Shown in pieces: positions 27,005-35,608 of a DNA stretch of 64,000 nucleotides. Origin of the DNA: Falsiroseomonas sp. Its GTDB lineage: Bacteria; Pseudomonadota; Alphaproteobacteria; Acetobacterales; Acetobacteraceae. The notes beneath the pieces were generated by a model. That model saw only the letters and a list, made by a program, of their open reading frames with translations, was not told the DNA's origin and did not search any database. The translations under genes and the position numbers were made by a program. How positions within the stretch are numbered: the stretch's first letter is position 1; each line of letters opens with the position of its first letter. The stretch lies in contig NZ_JAWLHG010000009.1 in assembly GCF_041690465.1 (NCBI RefSeq), positions 61,439 to 125,438 of the forward strand, in the 5' to 3' direction.

Positions 27005-28137
27005 GCCACGTCCTCGGCCATCCGGCGCACCAGGGCCAGCGGGTCTTCCTCCAGCGCGGCGATTCCGGCGGCGCGCAGGCGCTGCGTCGCCGACGCCACG
27101 TCGAAGCCGCGCGTCGCGGAAGGCGCGGCGGCGAAGCCGACGAAGAGCGGCTTCGGCGCCGGCTGCTTCGCGAGGAAGGCCAGCAGGCCGTCGATGCGGT
27201 CGCTCAGTGGGCGGGAGGCGAGCGTGGTGTAGAAGAGGATGGCCTTCACCTCCGGTCTTGCCGCGATCTCGAAAGCGGCGGTGAGGCGCGCCTCGGTCGT
27301 GTCCATCGGGCCGCCATGCAGGTTGTCCATGAAGCAGGCGGCGCGCAGGCCGTGGTCGGCGATCAGGTCCATCAGGAACATGCCGAGGCCCGCGCCGGCC
27401 GAGACCAGCGCGACATCGCCGGGCATCTCCACCAGCGCGAAGCCGGCATTGCGCGCGCGGCGTTCGAGCGGCGTCAGGGCCGTGTCCTCCAGCGCCGCGC
27501 TCATCGCTGTGGCGTCCGCATCGTGGCGGCCGGCGGCGACGGCATCGCGCACCAGCTTGGCGTCGCAGGCGACAAGGCCCGCCCGCGTGACCGCGAGCGG
27601 ATTGATCTCCAGCAGCGCGAGGTCCTCGTCCCGCGCGATGCGGGCCAGCCGGGCGGCCAGCCGCGCCACGCGCGCCGCGAGTTGCGCCGGCAGGCGCTCG
27701 CGGATCGCCGGGAACACCTGCTCCGCGGCATCGGGGGCTTCGGCGTGCAGCGCGACGCGGCGGAGGTCGCCGGCGGTCTCGATCTCGACACCGCCTTCGG
27801 CGGCGAACAGCAATTCCTGCGTCTGCCGCGTGCCGTCCACCCGAAGCGCGAGGTACAGCTCCTGCTCGATCGGCACGGCCTGCTCGACCAGCACGGCGAC
27901 GGGACCGGCGATGGCGGCGATCGCCTCGCGCGCGGCGGCGAGTTCGGCGGGTGTCGTCCGGCGCACCAGGCAGCGCTTGCCGCGCCCGCCTTCGAGGACC
28001 TGGGCCTTGACCACCAGATCAGGCAGGGCGCCGAGCCATGGCGGCGCATCCTCCCCCGGCGCGAGAGCCACGCCGCGCGGCAGGGCGATGCCGTGGCGCC
28101 GCAGCAGGGCCTTGCCGTCGGCTTCCGTCAGCCGCAT
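27001..28137 (-). CDS. Succinyl-CoA synthetase beta-subunit-like ATP-grasp protein
   Basis: MRLTEADGKALLRRHGI, VVKAQVLEGGRGK, LVEQAVPIEQELYL, LLEINPL, ACDAKL and GAGLGMFLMD. Confidence 0.88.
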   Translation of the reverse strand: MRLTEADGKALLRRHGIALPRGVALAPGEDAPPWLGALPDLVVKAQVLEGGRGKRCLVRRTTPAELAAAREAIAAIAGPVAVLVEQAVPIEQELYLALRVDGTRQTQELLFAAEGGVEIETAGDLRRVALHAEAPDAAEQVFPAIRERLPAQLAARVARLAARLARIARDEDLALLEINPLAVTRAGLVACDAKLVRDAVAAGRHDADATAMSAALEDTALTPLERRARNAGFALVEMPGDVALVSAGAGLGMFLMDLIADHGLRAACFMDNLHGGPMDTTEARLTAAFEIAARPEVKAILFYTTLASRPLSDRIDGLLAFLAKQPAPKPLFVGFAAAPSATRGFDVASATQRLRAAGIAALEEDPLALVRRMAEDVA

Positions 28138-28166
28138 CCGCCTTCCTCCGCGTGACGTCGCAATTG

Positions 28167-28181
28167 GTTGATACGATCAAC
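28167..28181. promoter_or_regulatory. Candidate operator GTTGA-TACGA-TCAAC
   Basis: Same palindrome as at 21517 and 21555, 30 bp upstream of the SCS-beta-like start codon. Confidence 0.7.
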
Positions 28182-28220
28182 GATGGGGTGGTGCAATCGG
28201 GCGCGCGCTGCGCCCGTGTC

Positions 28221-29039
28221 TCAGCCGCCGCGCCTGGCCAGGAAATCCAGCAAGGTCCGCGTGCAGGTCTCCGGCGCCGCGTCGCCGATGTTGTGCGGCA
28301 TGCCCTCCAGCGAGACCAGCTGCGCATCGGGAATCAGCGCCTGCATGCGCTCGTACTGGTCGTTGGAGCCGATGGGCTCGTGCCCCGGCGCGACGATCAG
28401 CGTCGGGCACGCGATGCGCGGCAGCTCGTCCTCCCAGTCGCGGCTGCTCATGTGGGCGACGAAGCGGCCGACGAAGGGCAGGTCGTTGCTGCCGGTCTGG
28501 CGGCAGAACCAGTCCACCAAGCCAGGATCGGCATCGGGCGGGAAGCGTTCGGCGATGCCGGCGCGCATGAAGGCCTCGAGCCCCATCGCCGCGGCCTTGG
28601 CCGGCCAGGTGCCGGCTTGGCTGTTCTTGAGCCCCGGCGTGGAAGCGAACAGCGCCAGAGTGGCGACGCGGCCGGGATGTGCCATCGCCAGACGCTGCCC
28701 GACATAGCCGCCCGCCGAGAGCCCGACGACATGCGCGCGCGCGACGCCAAGGTGGTCCAGCAGCTCCACCACATCGGTGACCAGCCGTTCCACGGTCAGC
28801 GGCTGCGCTTCCGTCGGGATCTGCGAGGCGCCATGGCCGCGCAGCTCCAGGCTCAGCGTGGTCCAGTGGCGCGCCAGCTCCGGGATCCAGCCGAACCAGC
28901 GGCGATAGGCGCCCATGGCGGCATGCAGCAGCAGCACCGGCGTTTCCGGCGTGCGCCAGGGCGGCGTGAAGTCGTCCACGCGCCAGGCGAGCCGGATGCC
29001 GTCACTGGCCGTCAGGAAAGACATGTTCGGCTGCAGCAT
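28221..29039 (-). CDS. Alpha/beta-fold hydrolase (enol-lactonase-like)
   Basis: LLLHAAMG, LELRGHGAS, VVGLSAGG nucleophile elbow, CPTLIV and GMPHNI. Start at 29039 or 29024. Confidence 0.88.
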   Translation of the reverse strand: MLQPNMSFLTASDGIRLAWRVDDFTPPWRTPETPVLLLHAAMGAYRRWFGWIPELARHWTTLSLELRGHGASQIPTEAQPLTVERLVTDVVELLDHLGVARAHVVGLSAGGYVGQRLAMAHPGRVATLALFASTPGLKNSQAGTWPAKAAAMGLEAFMRAGIAERFPPDADPGLVDWFCRQTGSNDLPFVGRFVAHMSSRDWEDELPRIACPTLIVAPGHEPIGSNDQYERMQALIPDAQLVSLEGMPHNIGDAAPETCTRTLLDFLARRGG

Positions 29040-29158
29040 CAGTGGGTCCCGCCTCGGTTGCGAATGCTCGGGGCCGATGGTCACGCGACCGGCGCCATTG
29101 CGCAATCTGCCCCCGCGGTTACGATCGGGGCAGCCGGATAGGAAAGGGAGAGAACGAG

Positions 29159-30130
29159 ATGAAGATGCTCCATCGTCGTCATGTGCTGGCCGCCGCTGCC
29201 GCGCTGCCCCTGGTGCGCCCTGCCGTGGCGCAGAGCTATCCCGAGCGCCCGCTGCGCGTCGTCGTGCCCTTCGGTCCGGGCGGTGGCACCGACAACCTGG
29301 TGCGGGTGATCGAGCCGCATGTGCGCGAGGCCTTCGGCCAGGCGCTGGTGATCGAGAACCGCGCCGGTGCGGGCGGCACGATCGGTACCGACCTCGTCGC
29401 GCGCGCGCCGGCGGATGGCTACACGGTGCTGGTGGTGGACAGCAGCTTCGCCATCAACCCCTCGCTGTTCCCTAGCCTGCCCTTCGATCCGGCGAAGGAT
29501 TTCGTGCCGGTCAGCCTGCTGGCGACCGGGCCGGTGATCCTGCTGGCGCATCCGTCGCTGCCGGTGAACTCCGTGCAGGAGCTGGTGGCGATGGCGAAGG
29601 CGCAGCCGGGGCGGCTCAGCTACGCCTCCGGCGGCAACGGCGCCTCCACGCATCTGGCGGGCGAGCTGCTGAAGATGGTGGCCGGCATCGACCTCGTGCA
29701 TGTGCCCTATCGCGGCACCGGCCCGGCGACAACCGATGTGGTGGCCGGCCATGTGCCGCTGATGTTCAACGGCATCAGCGCCGCGCGGCCGCATGTGGAT
29801 GCCGGCAGGCTGAAGCCGCTGGCCGTTACCGGAGAGCGACGCGCCGGCGCGCTGCCGAATGTGCCGACATTCGCCGAGTCCGGGCTGGCGGGCGTTGCGG
29901 CCTCCACCTACTGGGGCGTGTTGGCGCCGGCTGGCACGCCGCAGGCGGCGGTGACCCGGATCGCTGAGGCGTTCCGCGCCGGCGTCACGCACGCGGCGGT
30001 GCAGGAGCGCCTGCGCAGCCTGGGCTTCGAATCGATCGGCGGGCCGCCTTCCGCCTATGCCGAGAACCTGCGCACCGAGACGGCGAAATGGGCCGAGGTG
30101 GTGCGCCGGGCCAATGTGAAGCTCGACTGA
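29159..30130 (+). CDS. Bug/TctC substrate-binding protein
   Basis: YPERPLRVVVPFGPGGGTD, VIENRAGAGG, SYASGGNGASTHLAGE and HVPYRGTGPA. Confidence 0.94.
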   Translation: MKMLHRRHVLAAAAALPLVRPAVAQSYPERPLRVVVPFGPGGGTDNLVRVIEPHVREAFGQALVIENRAGAGGTIGTDLVARAPADGYTVLVVDSSFAINPSLFPSLPFDPAKDFVPVSLLATGPVILLAHPSLPVNSVQELVAMAKAQPGRLSYASGGNGASTHLAGELLKMVAGIDLVHVPYRGTGPATTDVVAGHVPLMFNGISAARPHVDAGRLKPLAVTGERRAGALPNVPTFAESGLAGVAASTYWGVLAPAGTPQAAVTRIAEAFRAGVTHAAVQERLRSLGFESIGGPPSAYAENLRTETAKWAEVVRRANVKLD

Positions 30131-30133
30131 CGG

Positions 30134-31117
30134 ATGCGCTACGCAGCCGGAGAGGCGCGCGACTGGGTGCGGGCCAGCCTCTCCGGCTATCTCACCATCC
30201 TCTACACGCCCTTCCACGCCGACGGCGCGCTGGATGAGGCAGGGCTGCGGCACAATGTCCGCCGCACCATCGCGCTGCCGGGCGTCGGCGGGCTTTCCGT
30301 GCATTCCCTGCACCAGGAGTTCTGGGCGCTGACGCTCGCCGAGCGGAAGTGCGTGACGGAGATCGTGCTGGACGAAGCCGCCGGGCGCGTGCCGGTGGTG
30401 ATCGGCTGCTCCGATCCCGCGGCGGCGAATGTGGTGGAACTGGCCCGGCATGCGGAGGCCTCGGGCGCGGACCTGGTCATGGTCTGGCCGCCTTATTACG
30501 GGCCGCGCGATGCCGCCGGGGTGCGCGCCTTCTACGAGCATGTCGCGGCCCATATCGGCATCGGGATGGTGGTGTACAGCACCACGCTCTCCGAGCTCGG
30601 CTACTACCTGGCGCCGGAGCAGGTTGAGGCGCTGCTGCATCTGCCGAATGTCTGCGCGGTGCAGGACACCACGCTGAACTTCGCCAGCTATGCGCGCATG
30701 ATGGAGCGCGTGGGCGACCGCATCTGCGTCTCCACCTCGCTCGAGGAATACTTCCTGTTCGGCCGGCTGACCTTCGCGGAGCGCGCGCCGCGCTTCATGA
30801 TCGGGTCTTCCCGCCCGGTGCTATGCCAGACGCTGGAGGTGCCGCATTGCGGGCGCTTCGCGGACGCCGCGCTGCGCGACGACTTTGCCGCGGCCGCGGT
30901 CCACCTGCGCGAGATCAGCGCCATCGCCAGCCGGCTGCAGAGCCGCTATTTCGCGCAGGGCTTCCACCACGTCGCGCTGTTCAAGACCCTGGCGGGGCTG
31001 CTCGGCATGGAGGTGGGTGAGGGCTGGCGCCCGGCACTGGCGCCGCCCGATCCGCGGGACGTGTCGGAGTGCATTGCCTTGCTGCGGCGCGCAGGCCTGC
31101 TGGCGGAGACCGCATGA
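30134..31117 (+). CDS. DHDPS/class I aldolase-like TIM-barrel protein; Schiff-base Lys position appears to be Gln
   Basis: LYTPFHADGALDEAGLRHNV, EFWALTLAERK, GRVPVVIG, GADLVMVWPPYY, MVVYS and LPNVCAVQD. Confidence 0.82.
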   Translation: MRYAAGEARDWVRASLSGYLTILYTPFHADGALDEAGLRHNVRRTIALPGVGGLSVHSLHQEFWALTLAERKCVTEIVLDEAAGRVPVVIGCSDPAAANVVELARHAEASGADLVMVWPPYYGPRDAAGVRAFYEHVAAHIGIGMVVYSTTLSELGYYLAPEQVEALLHLPNVCAVQDTTLNFASYARMMERVGDRICVSTSLEEYFLFGRLTFAERAPRFMIGSSRPVLCQTLEVPHCGRFADAALRDDFAAAAVHLREISAIASRLQSRYFAQGFHHVALFKTLAGLLGMEVGEGWRPALAPPDPRDVSECIALLRRAGLLAETA

Positions 31118-32322
31118 GGGCACCCTGGATCGCGGCACTTGGCGCGACGCTGCTGATGCAGGTCATCGCCTCCTTCATGGCGCAGAGCCTGCCGGTGGTG
31201 GCGCCGCTGCTGACCGAAAGCCTGGACCTGGCGGCGGAATCGATCGGCAATCTCTCGGCGCTGAACGCGCTCGGCACGGTGCTGTTCCTGGCCTTCGGCG
31301 GACCGTTCCTGGCGCGGCTGGGGCCGGTGCGGATGCTGCAGGCGGGGGCGGCGCTGTCGGCGCTGGGGCTGCTGGCGCTCGACATCGGCACGGTGCCCGC
31401 CCTGGCCTTCGCGGCGCTGCTGCTGGGCATCGGCTACGGGCCGAGCCCGCCGGCGGGCAGCCGCATCCTGGCGGCGACGGCGCCACCGCAGCACCGGAGC
31501 CTGATCTTCTCGGTGAAGCAGGCGGGCGCGCCGCTGGGCGGCGTGCTGGCGGGGCTGATCACCGCGCCGATCGCCAGCGCCTTCGGATGGGGGACGGCGC
31601 TGATCGTCTGCGCGGCGACGGCCTTGGTCGCGGCGGCCTCGATCCAGGGGTTGCGACAGGAGTTGGACGCGGAGCGCGACCGCACGCGCTCCGTCTCGCT
31701 GGCGAGCGTGTTCAGCCGCGGCACGCTGGCCGCACCCTTCACAGCGTTGCGCGTGGCGCCGGCGATCCTGCCGCTGACCTGGCTGGCGATCTCGTTCGCC
31801 ATCGTGCAGGGCTGCCTGTTCACCTTCACCGTCACCTGGCTGGTGGAGACGCGCGGGCTCTCGCTGGTGCAGGCGGGCAGTGCCTTCGCGGCGATGCAGG
31901 GCTCGGGCGTGGTGGCGCGCATCGTGCTCGGCTGGCTGGCGGACCGCACGGGGCGGCCGGTCGTGAACCTGCTGGTGCAGGGGCTGGTGGCCTCGGGCGC
32001 CGTGCTGCTGCTGGCCGCAATGCCGGCCGCGCCAAGCCTTGCACTGGCGGCGACGCTCTCGGGCCTCGCCGGCTTCGTCGCGGCGAGCTGGAACGGCGTC
32101 TACATGGCGGAGGTGGCGCGGCTCTCGCCGCGCGACCGCGTTTCGGATGCGACGTCCGGGTCCACGCTGCTCACCTTCCTCGGCTATGTGGCCGGGCCGG
32201 CGCTTTACGGCGTGATCGTGACGCTCAGCGGCGGCTGGGTGGTGCCGATGATCGCGATCGCCGCACAGCTCGCGGTGGTGACGCTGCTGGTGGCGCCGTC
32301 GCTGCTGCGGGCGTCGCGGTAG
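31114..32322 (+). CDS. MFS transporter
   Basis: About 12 hydrophobic segments; LARLGPVR, FSVKQAG and LGWLADRTG loop motifs. Confidence 0.9.
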   Translation: MRAPWIAALGATLLMQVIASFMAQSLPVVAPLLTESLDLAAESIGNLSALNALGTVLFLAFGGPFLARLGPVRMLQAGAALSALGLLALDIGTVPALAFAALLLGIGYGPSPPAGSRILAATAPPQHRSLIFSVKQAGAPLGGVLAGLITAPIASAFGWGTALIVCAATALVAAASIQGLRQELDAERDRTRSVSLASVFSRGTLAAPFTALRVAPAILPLTWLAISFAIVQGCLFTFTVTWLVETRGLSLVQAGSAFAAMQGSGVVARIVLGWLADRTGRPVVNLLVQGLVASGAVLLLAAMPAAPSLALAATLSGLAGFVAASWNGVYMAEVARLSPRDRVSDATSGSTLLTFLGYVAGPALYGVIVTLSGGWVVPMIAIAAQLAVVTLLVAPSLLRASR

Positions 32323-32325
32323 CGC

Positions 32326-33186
32326 TCAAACGAACTTGCGCCGCCGCGTGCGCTTCGGCGGATCGGCGGGGAAGGCCAGGCCGCTGGCATCCACGCCAAG
32401 GTCCACCAGCATCTTCGCCTGCGCAACCGCGGCGCTGTAGCCCTCGAGCACCGGCACGTCCCAGCCGAGCGCGGCCAGCCGCTCGCGCAGCGGCGTCTGC
32501 AGCCAGTAGGCGGCGGAACAGCCGAGGATGATGCTCTCCGCGCCGTCCTCCTCGATCGCGGCGACGGCTTCCGTCACCGCGGATTCCAGCATGGCGGAGG
32601 GCTCGCCGCGGGCGTGGCGCTCGCTTTCTTCCTGCACGTTGGGGCGGCCGGCATGGGCGGGGCGGGGCAGGGGGAATTCCACGTTGCGGATCGAGGCGCA
32701 GCGGTCCGTCATGCGGTACTGCACGACCAGGTCCGCCATGCGCAGATTGTGGTTCTCCGAGATGTCGAGGACCGTGAAGCGCGTGCCAAGCAGGCAGGCC
32801 GCGTGCATCTGGGCATGCGCGCAGGCGGTGACGACGACGCGATGGCGATGGCCGATCTCGCGCGCCTCGACATAGCCGGGATCGCCGCCGCCGAGCAGGA
32901 TGATGGCATTCCACTTGCCGCTCTGGCAGGCCTCGCGCACCAGCGGCAGGCGGTTGACGCCGGTGATGGCGAATTCCTCGCGCATCTCGACGGGGTGCTG
33001 GCCATGCGTCGCCGGCGCGCCGGGATGCACGTCCCACTCCACATCCTGCAGCAGCGGCGCCAGGCGCTCGCCGTTCAGCAGCATGTCTTCCTTGCGGCCG
33101 CGGAAGGCGCGCATGCGATAGCCCGCGCCCTCCGGCAGGGAGAAGGCGCTTATCAGCAGGAAGCGGTAGCGCGCGGGCTCGCTCAT
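32326..33186 (-). CDS. Asp/Glu/hydantoin racemase-superfamily protein
   Basis: GGGDPG..EARE, VVVTACAHAQMHAACLLGTRFTVL, DGAESIILGCSA and VPVLEG. Confidence 0.78.
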   Translation of the reverse strand: MSEPARYRFLLISAFSLPEGAGYRMRAFRGRKEDMLLNGERLAPLLQDVEWDVHPGAPATHGQHPVEMREEFAITGVNRLPLVREACQSGKWNAIILLGGGDPGYVEAREIGHRHRVVVTACAHAQMHAACLLGTRFTVLDISENHNLRMADLVVQYRMTDRCASIRNVEFPLPRPAHAGRPNVQEESERHARGEPSAMLESAVTEAVAAIEEDGAESIILGCSAAYWLQTPLRERLAALGWDVPVLEGYSAAVAQAKMLVDLGVDASGLAFPADPPKRTRRRKFV

Positions 33187-33196
33187 GCGCTGGTCC

Positions 33197-33982
33197 TCAA
33201 TAGGCGGAACGGCCGCCATCAGCGGCGATGGTCGCACCGGTGATCATGCGCGCCGCATCCGACGCCAGAAAGACAGCGGTCGCCGCGATATGCTCCGGCT
33301 CGCCGACCCAGAAGGGGTATTCCTTGGCGCGGCCGACGGGATCCTGCGGGTCGCGGTGCGCGTCCTGCTCCGTCAGCTCGCCCCAGTCGCGTTTGATGCG
33401 GTCGGTTATCACCCGGCCGGAGGCGATGACGTTGGCGCGGATGCCCTGCTTCGCATAGGTGCCGGCCAGCGCGCGGGTCAGGCCGAGTACGGCGCTCTTC
33501 GCGGCGGTATAGACGTGGAAGGGGCTCGCCCCGCGCAGCGCGGCGCCGGAGGACATGTTGACGATGGCGCCGCCCCCGGCGCGGATCATGTGCGGGATGG
33601 CGTGGCGGCAGCAGAGAAAGGTGCCTCGCAGGTCGAGGCCGATGGTGCGGTCGAACACGTCGAGCCCCACATCGGTGATGTTGCCGTCCTGCGGATCGGT
33701 GCCGCCGGCGCAGTTGTAGAGGATGTCGAGCCGTCCGAAGCGCGCCACCGCGGCCGCGACGGCAGCGGCGACCTGCGCATCCTCGCGCAGGTCGGTGGGC
33801 AGCGCGATGGCTTCGCCGCCCGCGGCGACCACGGCCGCCGCGCTGCGTTCCGCCCGCGCGGGATCGAGCTCGCAGACCGCCACCTTGGCGCCGGCCGCGG
33901 CGAAGGCGAGGCAGGCGGCGTGGCCGATGCCGCCGCCGCCGCCGGAGATGAAGGCGACCTTGCCGTCGAGACGTGGGTTCAC
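33197..33982 (-). CDS. Short-chain dehydrogenase/reductase
   Basis: RLDGKVAFISGGGGGIG, FGRLDILYNCAG, IVNMSS, YTAAK and IRANVI. GTG start inferred. Confidence 0.93.
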   Translation of the reverse strand: MNPRLDGKVAFISGGGGGIGHAACLAFAAAGAKVAVCELDPARAERSAAAVVAAGGEAIALPTDLREDAQVAAAVAAAVARFGRLDILYNCAGGTDPQDGNITDVGLDVFDRTIGLDLRGTFLCCRHAIPHMIRAGGGAIVNMSSGAALRGASPFHVYTAAKSAVLGLTRALAGTYAKQGIRANVIASGRVITDRIKRDWGELTEQDAHRDPQDPVGRAKEYPFWVGEPEHIAATAVFLASDAARMITGATIAADGGRSAY

Positions 33983-33987
33983 CGCGT

Positions 33988-34959
33988 TCAACCCGCCTGG
34001 ATGCCGGCCTGACGGATGATCGGGCCCCATTTCGCAAGCTCCCGCTCGAAGCGGGCGCGGTACTCCTCGGGCGTGCTGCCGCGCGGGACGAAGCCGAGGG
34101 ATTCGACGCGCTCCTTCACCGCAGGCACCTTCAGCACCTCCGACAATTCGCGCGCAAAGCGCTCAGCCGCCGCGGCGGGCGCGGCGGCGGGCAGCCAGAA
34201 GCCCCACATCGTCTCGGCATCCATCTCGGGCAGGCCAGCCTCGGCAAAGGTCGGGATGTCCGGCATGGAAGGCGAGCGGGCGTCGCCGGTGACGGCAATG
34301 CCTTTCAGCCGGCCGGATTCCACATGCTGGCGGGTGGAGCTGATGCCGGCGAACATGATCTGGGTCTGCCCGCCGAGCAGGGCGGTGACGCCGGGGCCTG
34401 TGCCCTGGAAAGGCACGTGCACGATGTCGATCCGTCCGACATGGCGCAGCAGCTCGCCCGATAGATGGGTGGAGGTGCCGTTGCCGCCGGAAGCGAAGTT
34501 CACCCGGCCCGGATTGGCACGCGCATAGGCCAGCAGCTCAGCCACGGTGCTCGGCGGGAAGGTCGGCGCCGCCACCAGGATCACCGGCGCGGTCGCCGCC
34601 AGCGCCACCGGCCGCAGGTCCCGCTGCGTGTCGTAGGGCAGGTTGCGATAGAGCCAGGGATTCACCGCAATGGCGGTATCGATCATCAGCATGGTGTGGC
34701 CGTCGGGCTCAGCCTTCGCGACCATGTTGGTGCCGATCGTCATGCCGCCGCCGGCGCGGTTCTCGATCAGCACCGGCTGGCCGAGCCGTTCCTGCAGATG
34801 CGGCGCGACGATGCGGCCGAGGATGTCTGTGCCGCCGCCCGGCGGCACTGGCAGGATCACGCGGATCGGCCGGCTCGGCCAGGCCTGTGCGACCGCTGGC
34901 CGCGCGAGCGTGCCGAGGGCGAGCGCCGCCGTGGCGGTGCCGAGGCTGCGTCTGCGCAT
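33988..34959 (-). CDS. Bug/TctC substrate-binding protein
   Basis: WPSRPIRVILPVPPGGGTD, LIENRAGGG, NFASGGNGTSTHLSGE and HVPFQG. Confidence 0.94.
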   Translation of the reverse strand: MRRRSLGTATAALALGTLARPAVAQAWPSRPIRVILPVPPGGGTDILGRIVAPHLQERLGQPVLIENRAGGGMTIGTNMVAKAEPDGHTMLMIDTAIAVNPWLYRNLPYDTQRDLRPVALAATAPVILVAAPTFPPSTVAELLAYARANPGRVNFASGGNGTSTHLSGELLRHVGRIDIVHVPFQGTGPGVTALLGGQTQIMFAGISSTRQHVESGRLKGIAVTGDARSPSMPDIPTFAEAGLPEMDAETMWGFWLPAAAPAAAAERFARELSEVLKVPAVKERVESLGFVPRGSTPEEYRARFERELAKWGPIIRQAGIQAG

Positions 34960-34996
34960 AATGCGTGATCCCCTTCCCGTTCCATGCCTGGGCGAC

Positions 34997-35608
34997 TCAG
35001 GCGACGACGCGGCCGCCGACGCGCGGCTTCTTCTGCCATTCGCGCTCGATCGCCAGCACCTCCGGCGGCTCGACCTTCACGCCGAGGCCCATGATCAGCG
35101 CACCGGCGGCGATGTAATAGGCGGCGAGCACCGCGATGTCCGTCGCCTGGCGGGGTGTGAAGCTGCGTTGCACGGCCTGCCAGGTCGCATCCGGCGTGCC
35201 GCCGAAGCCGGTGACGGCGAAGGTGAAGTCGCAGAGCGCGGTGTCGGCGGCGTTCATTCCGTCCGGCGTGCGGCCCGCCTTGATGGCCGCGAGTTCCGCC
35301 TCGGTGACGCCGGCATCGAGTGCCAGCGGCGAGTGATGCGCCCAGGCATAGGGGATGTTGCGGCCGACGATGCAGATCACCAGCTCGCGCTGGCGCTCGT
35401 TCAGCTCCGTGCCGTAGCGGCCGTAGTGGCCGACGGCGGAGAAGCGCGCCAGCGCTTCCGGCGCATGGCCGAGCGAGGTGAGCAGGTTGGAAACCCAGCC
35501 CCGGCTTTCCGCCACCTTCGCGAAGACGCCGGCGGTCTCGGGCGCCGTCTCGGGCGTCGGGTCGGGCAGGTTGCAGGCGCGGGCGGGGCCGGTCCAGTCG
35601 GCGCTCAT
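34997..35608 (-). CDS. Carboxymuconolactone decarboxylase / AhpD-like family protein
   Basis: NLLTSLGHAPEAL, LNERQRELVIC.VG...YAWAHH..LALDAGVTEAELAAI; ATGC overlap region with the upstream deacetylase. Confidence 0.8.
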   Translation of the reverse strand: MSADWTGPARACNLPDPTPETAPETAGVFAKVAESRGWVSNLLTSLGHAPEALARFSAVGHYGRYGTELNERQRELVICIVGRNIPYAWAHHSPLALDAGVTEAELAAIKAGRTPDGMNAADTALCDFTFAVTGFGGTPDATWQAVQRSFTPRQATDIAVLAAYYIAAGALIMGLGVKVEPPEVLAIEREWQKKPRVGGRVVA

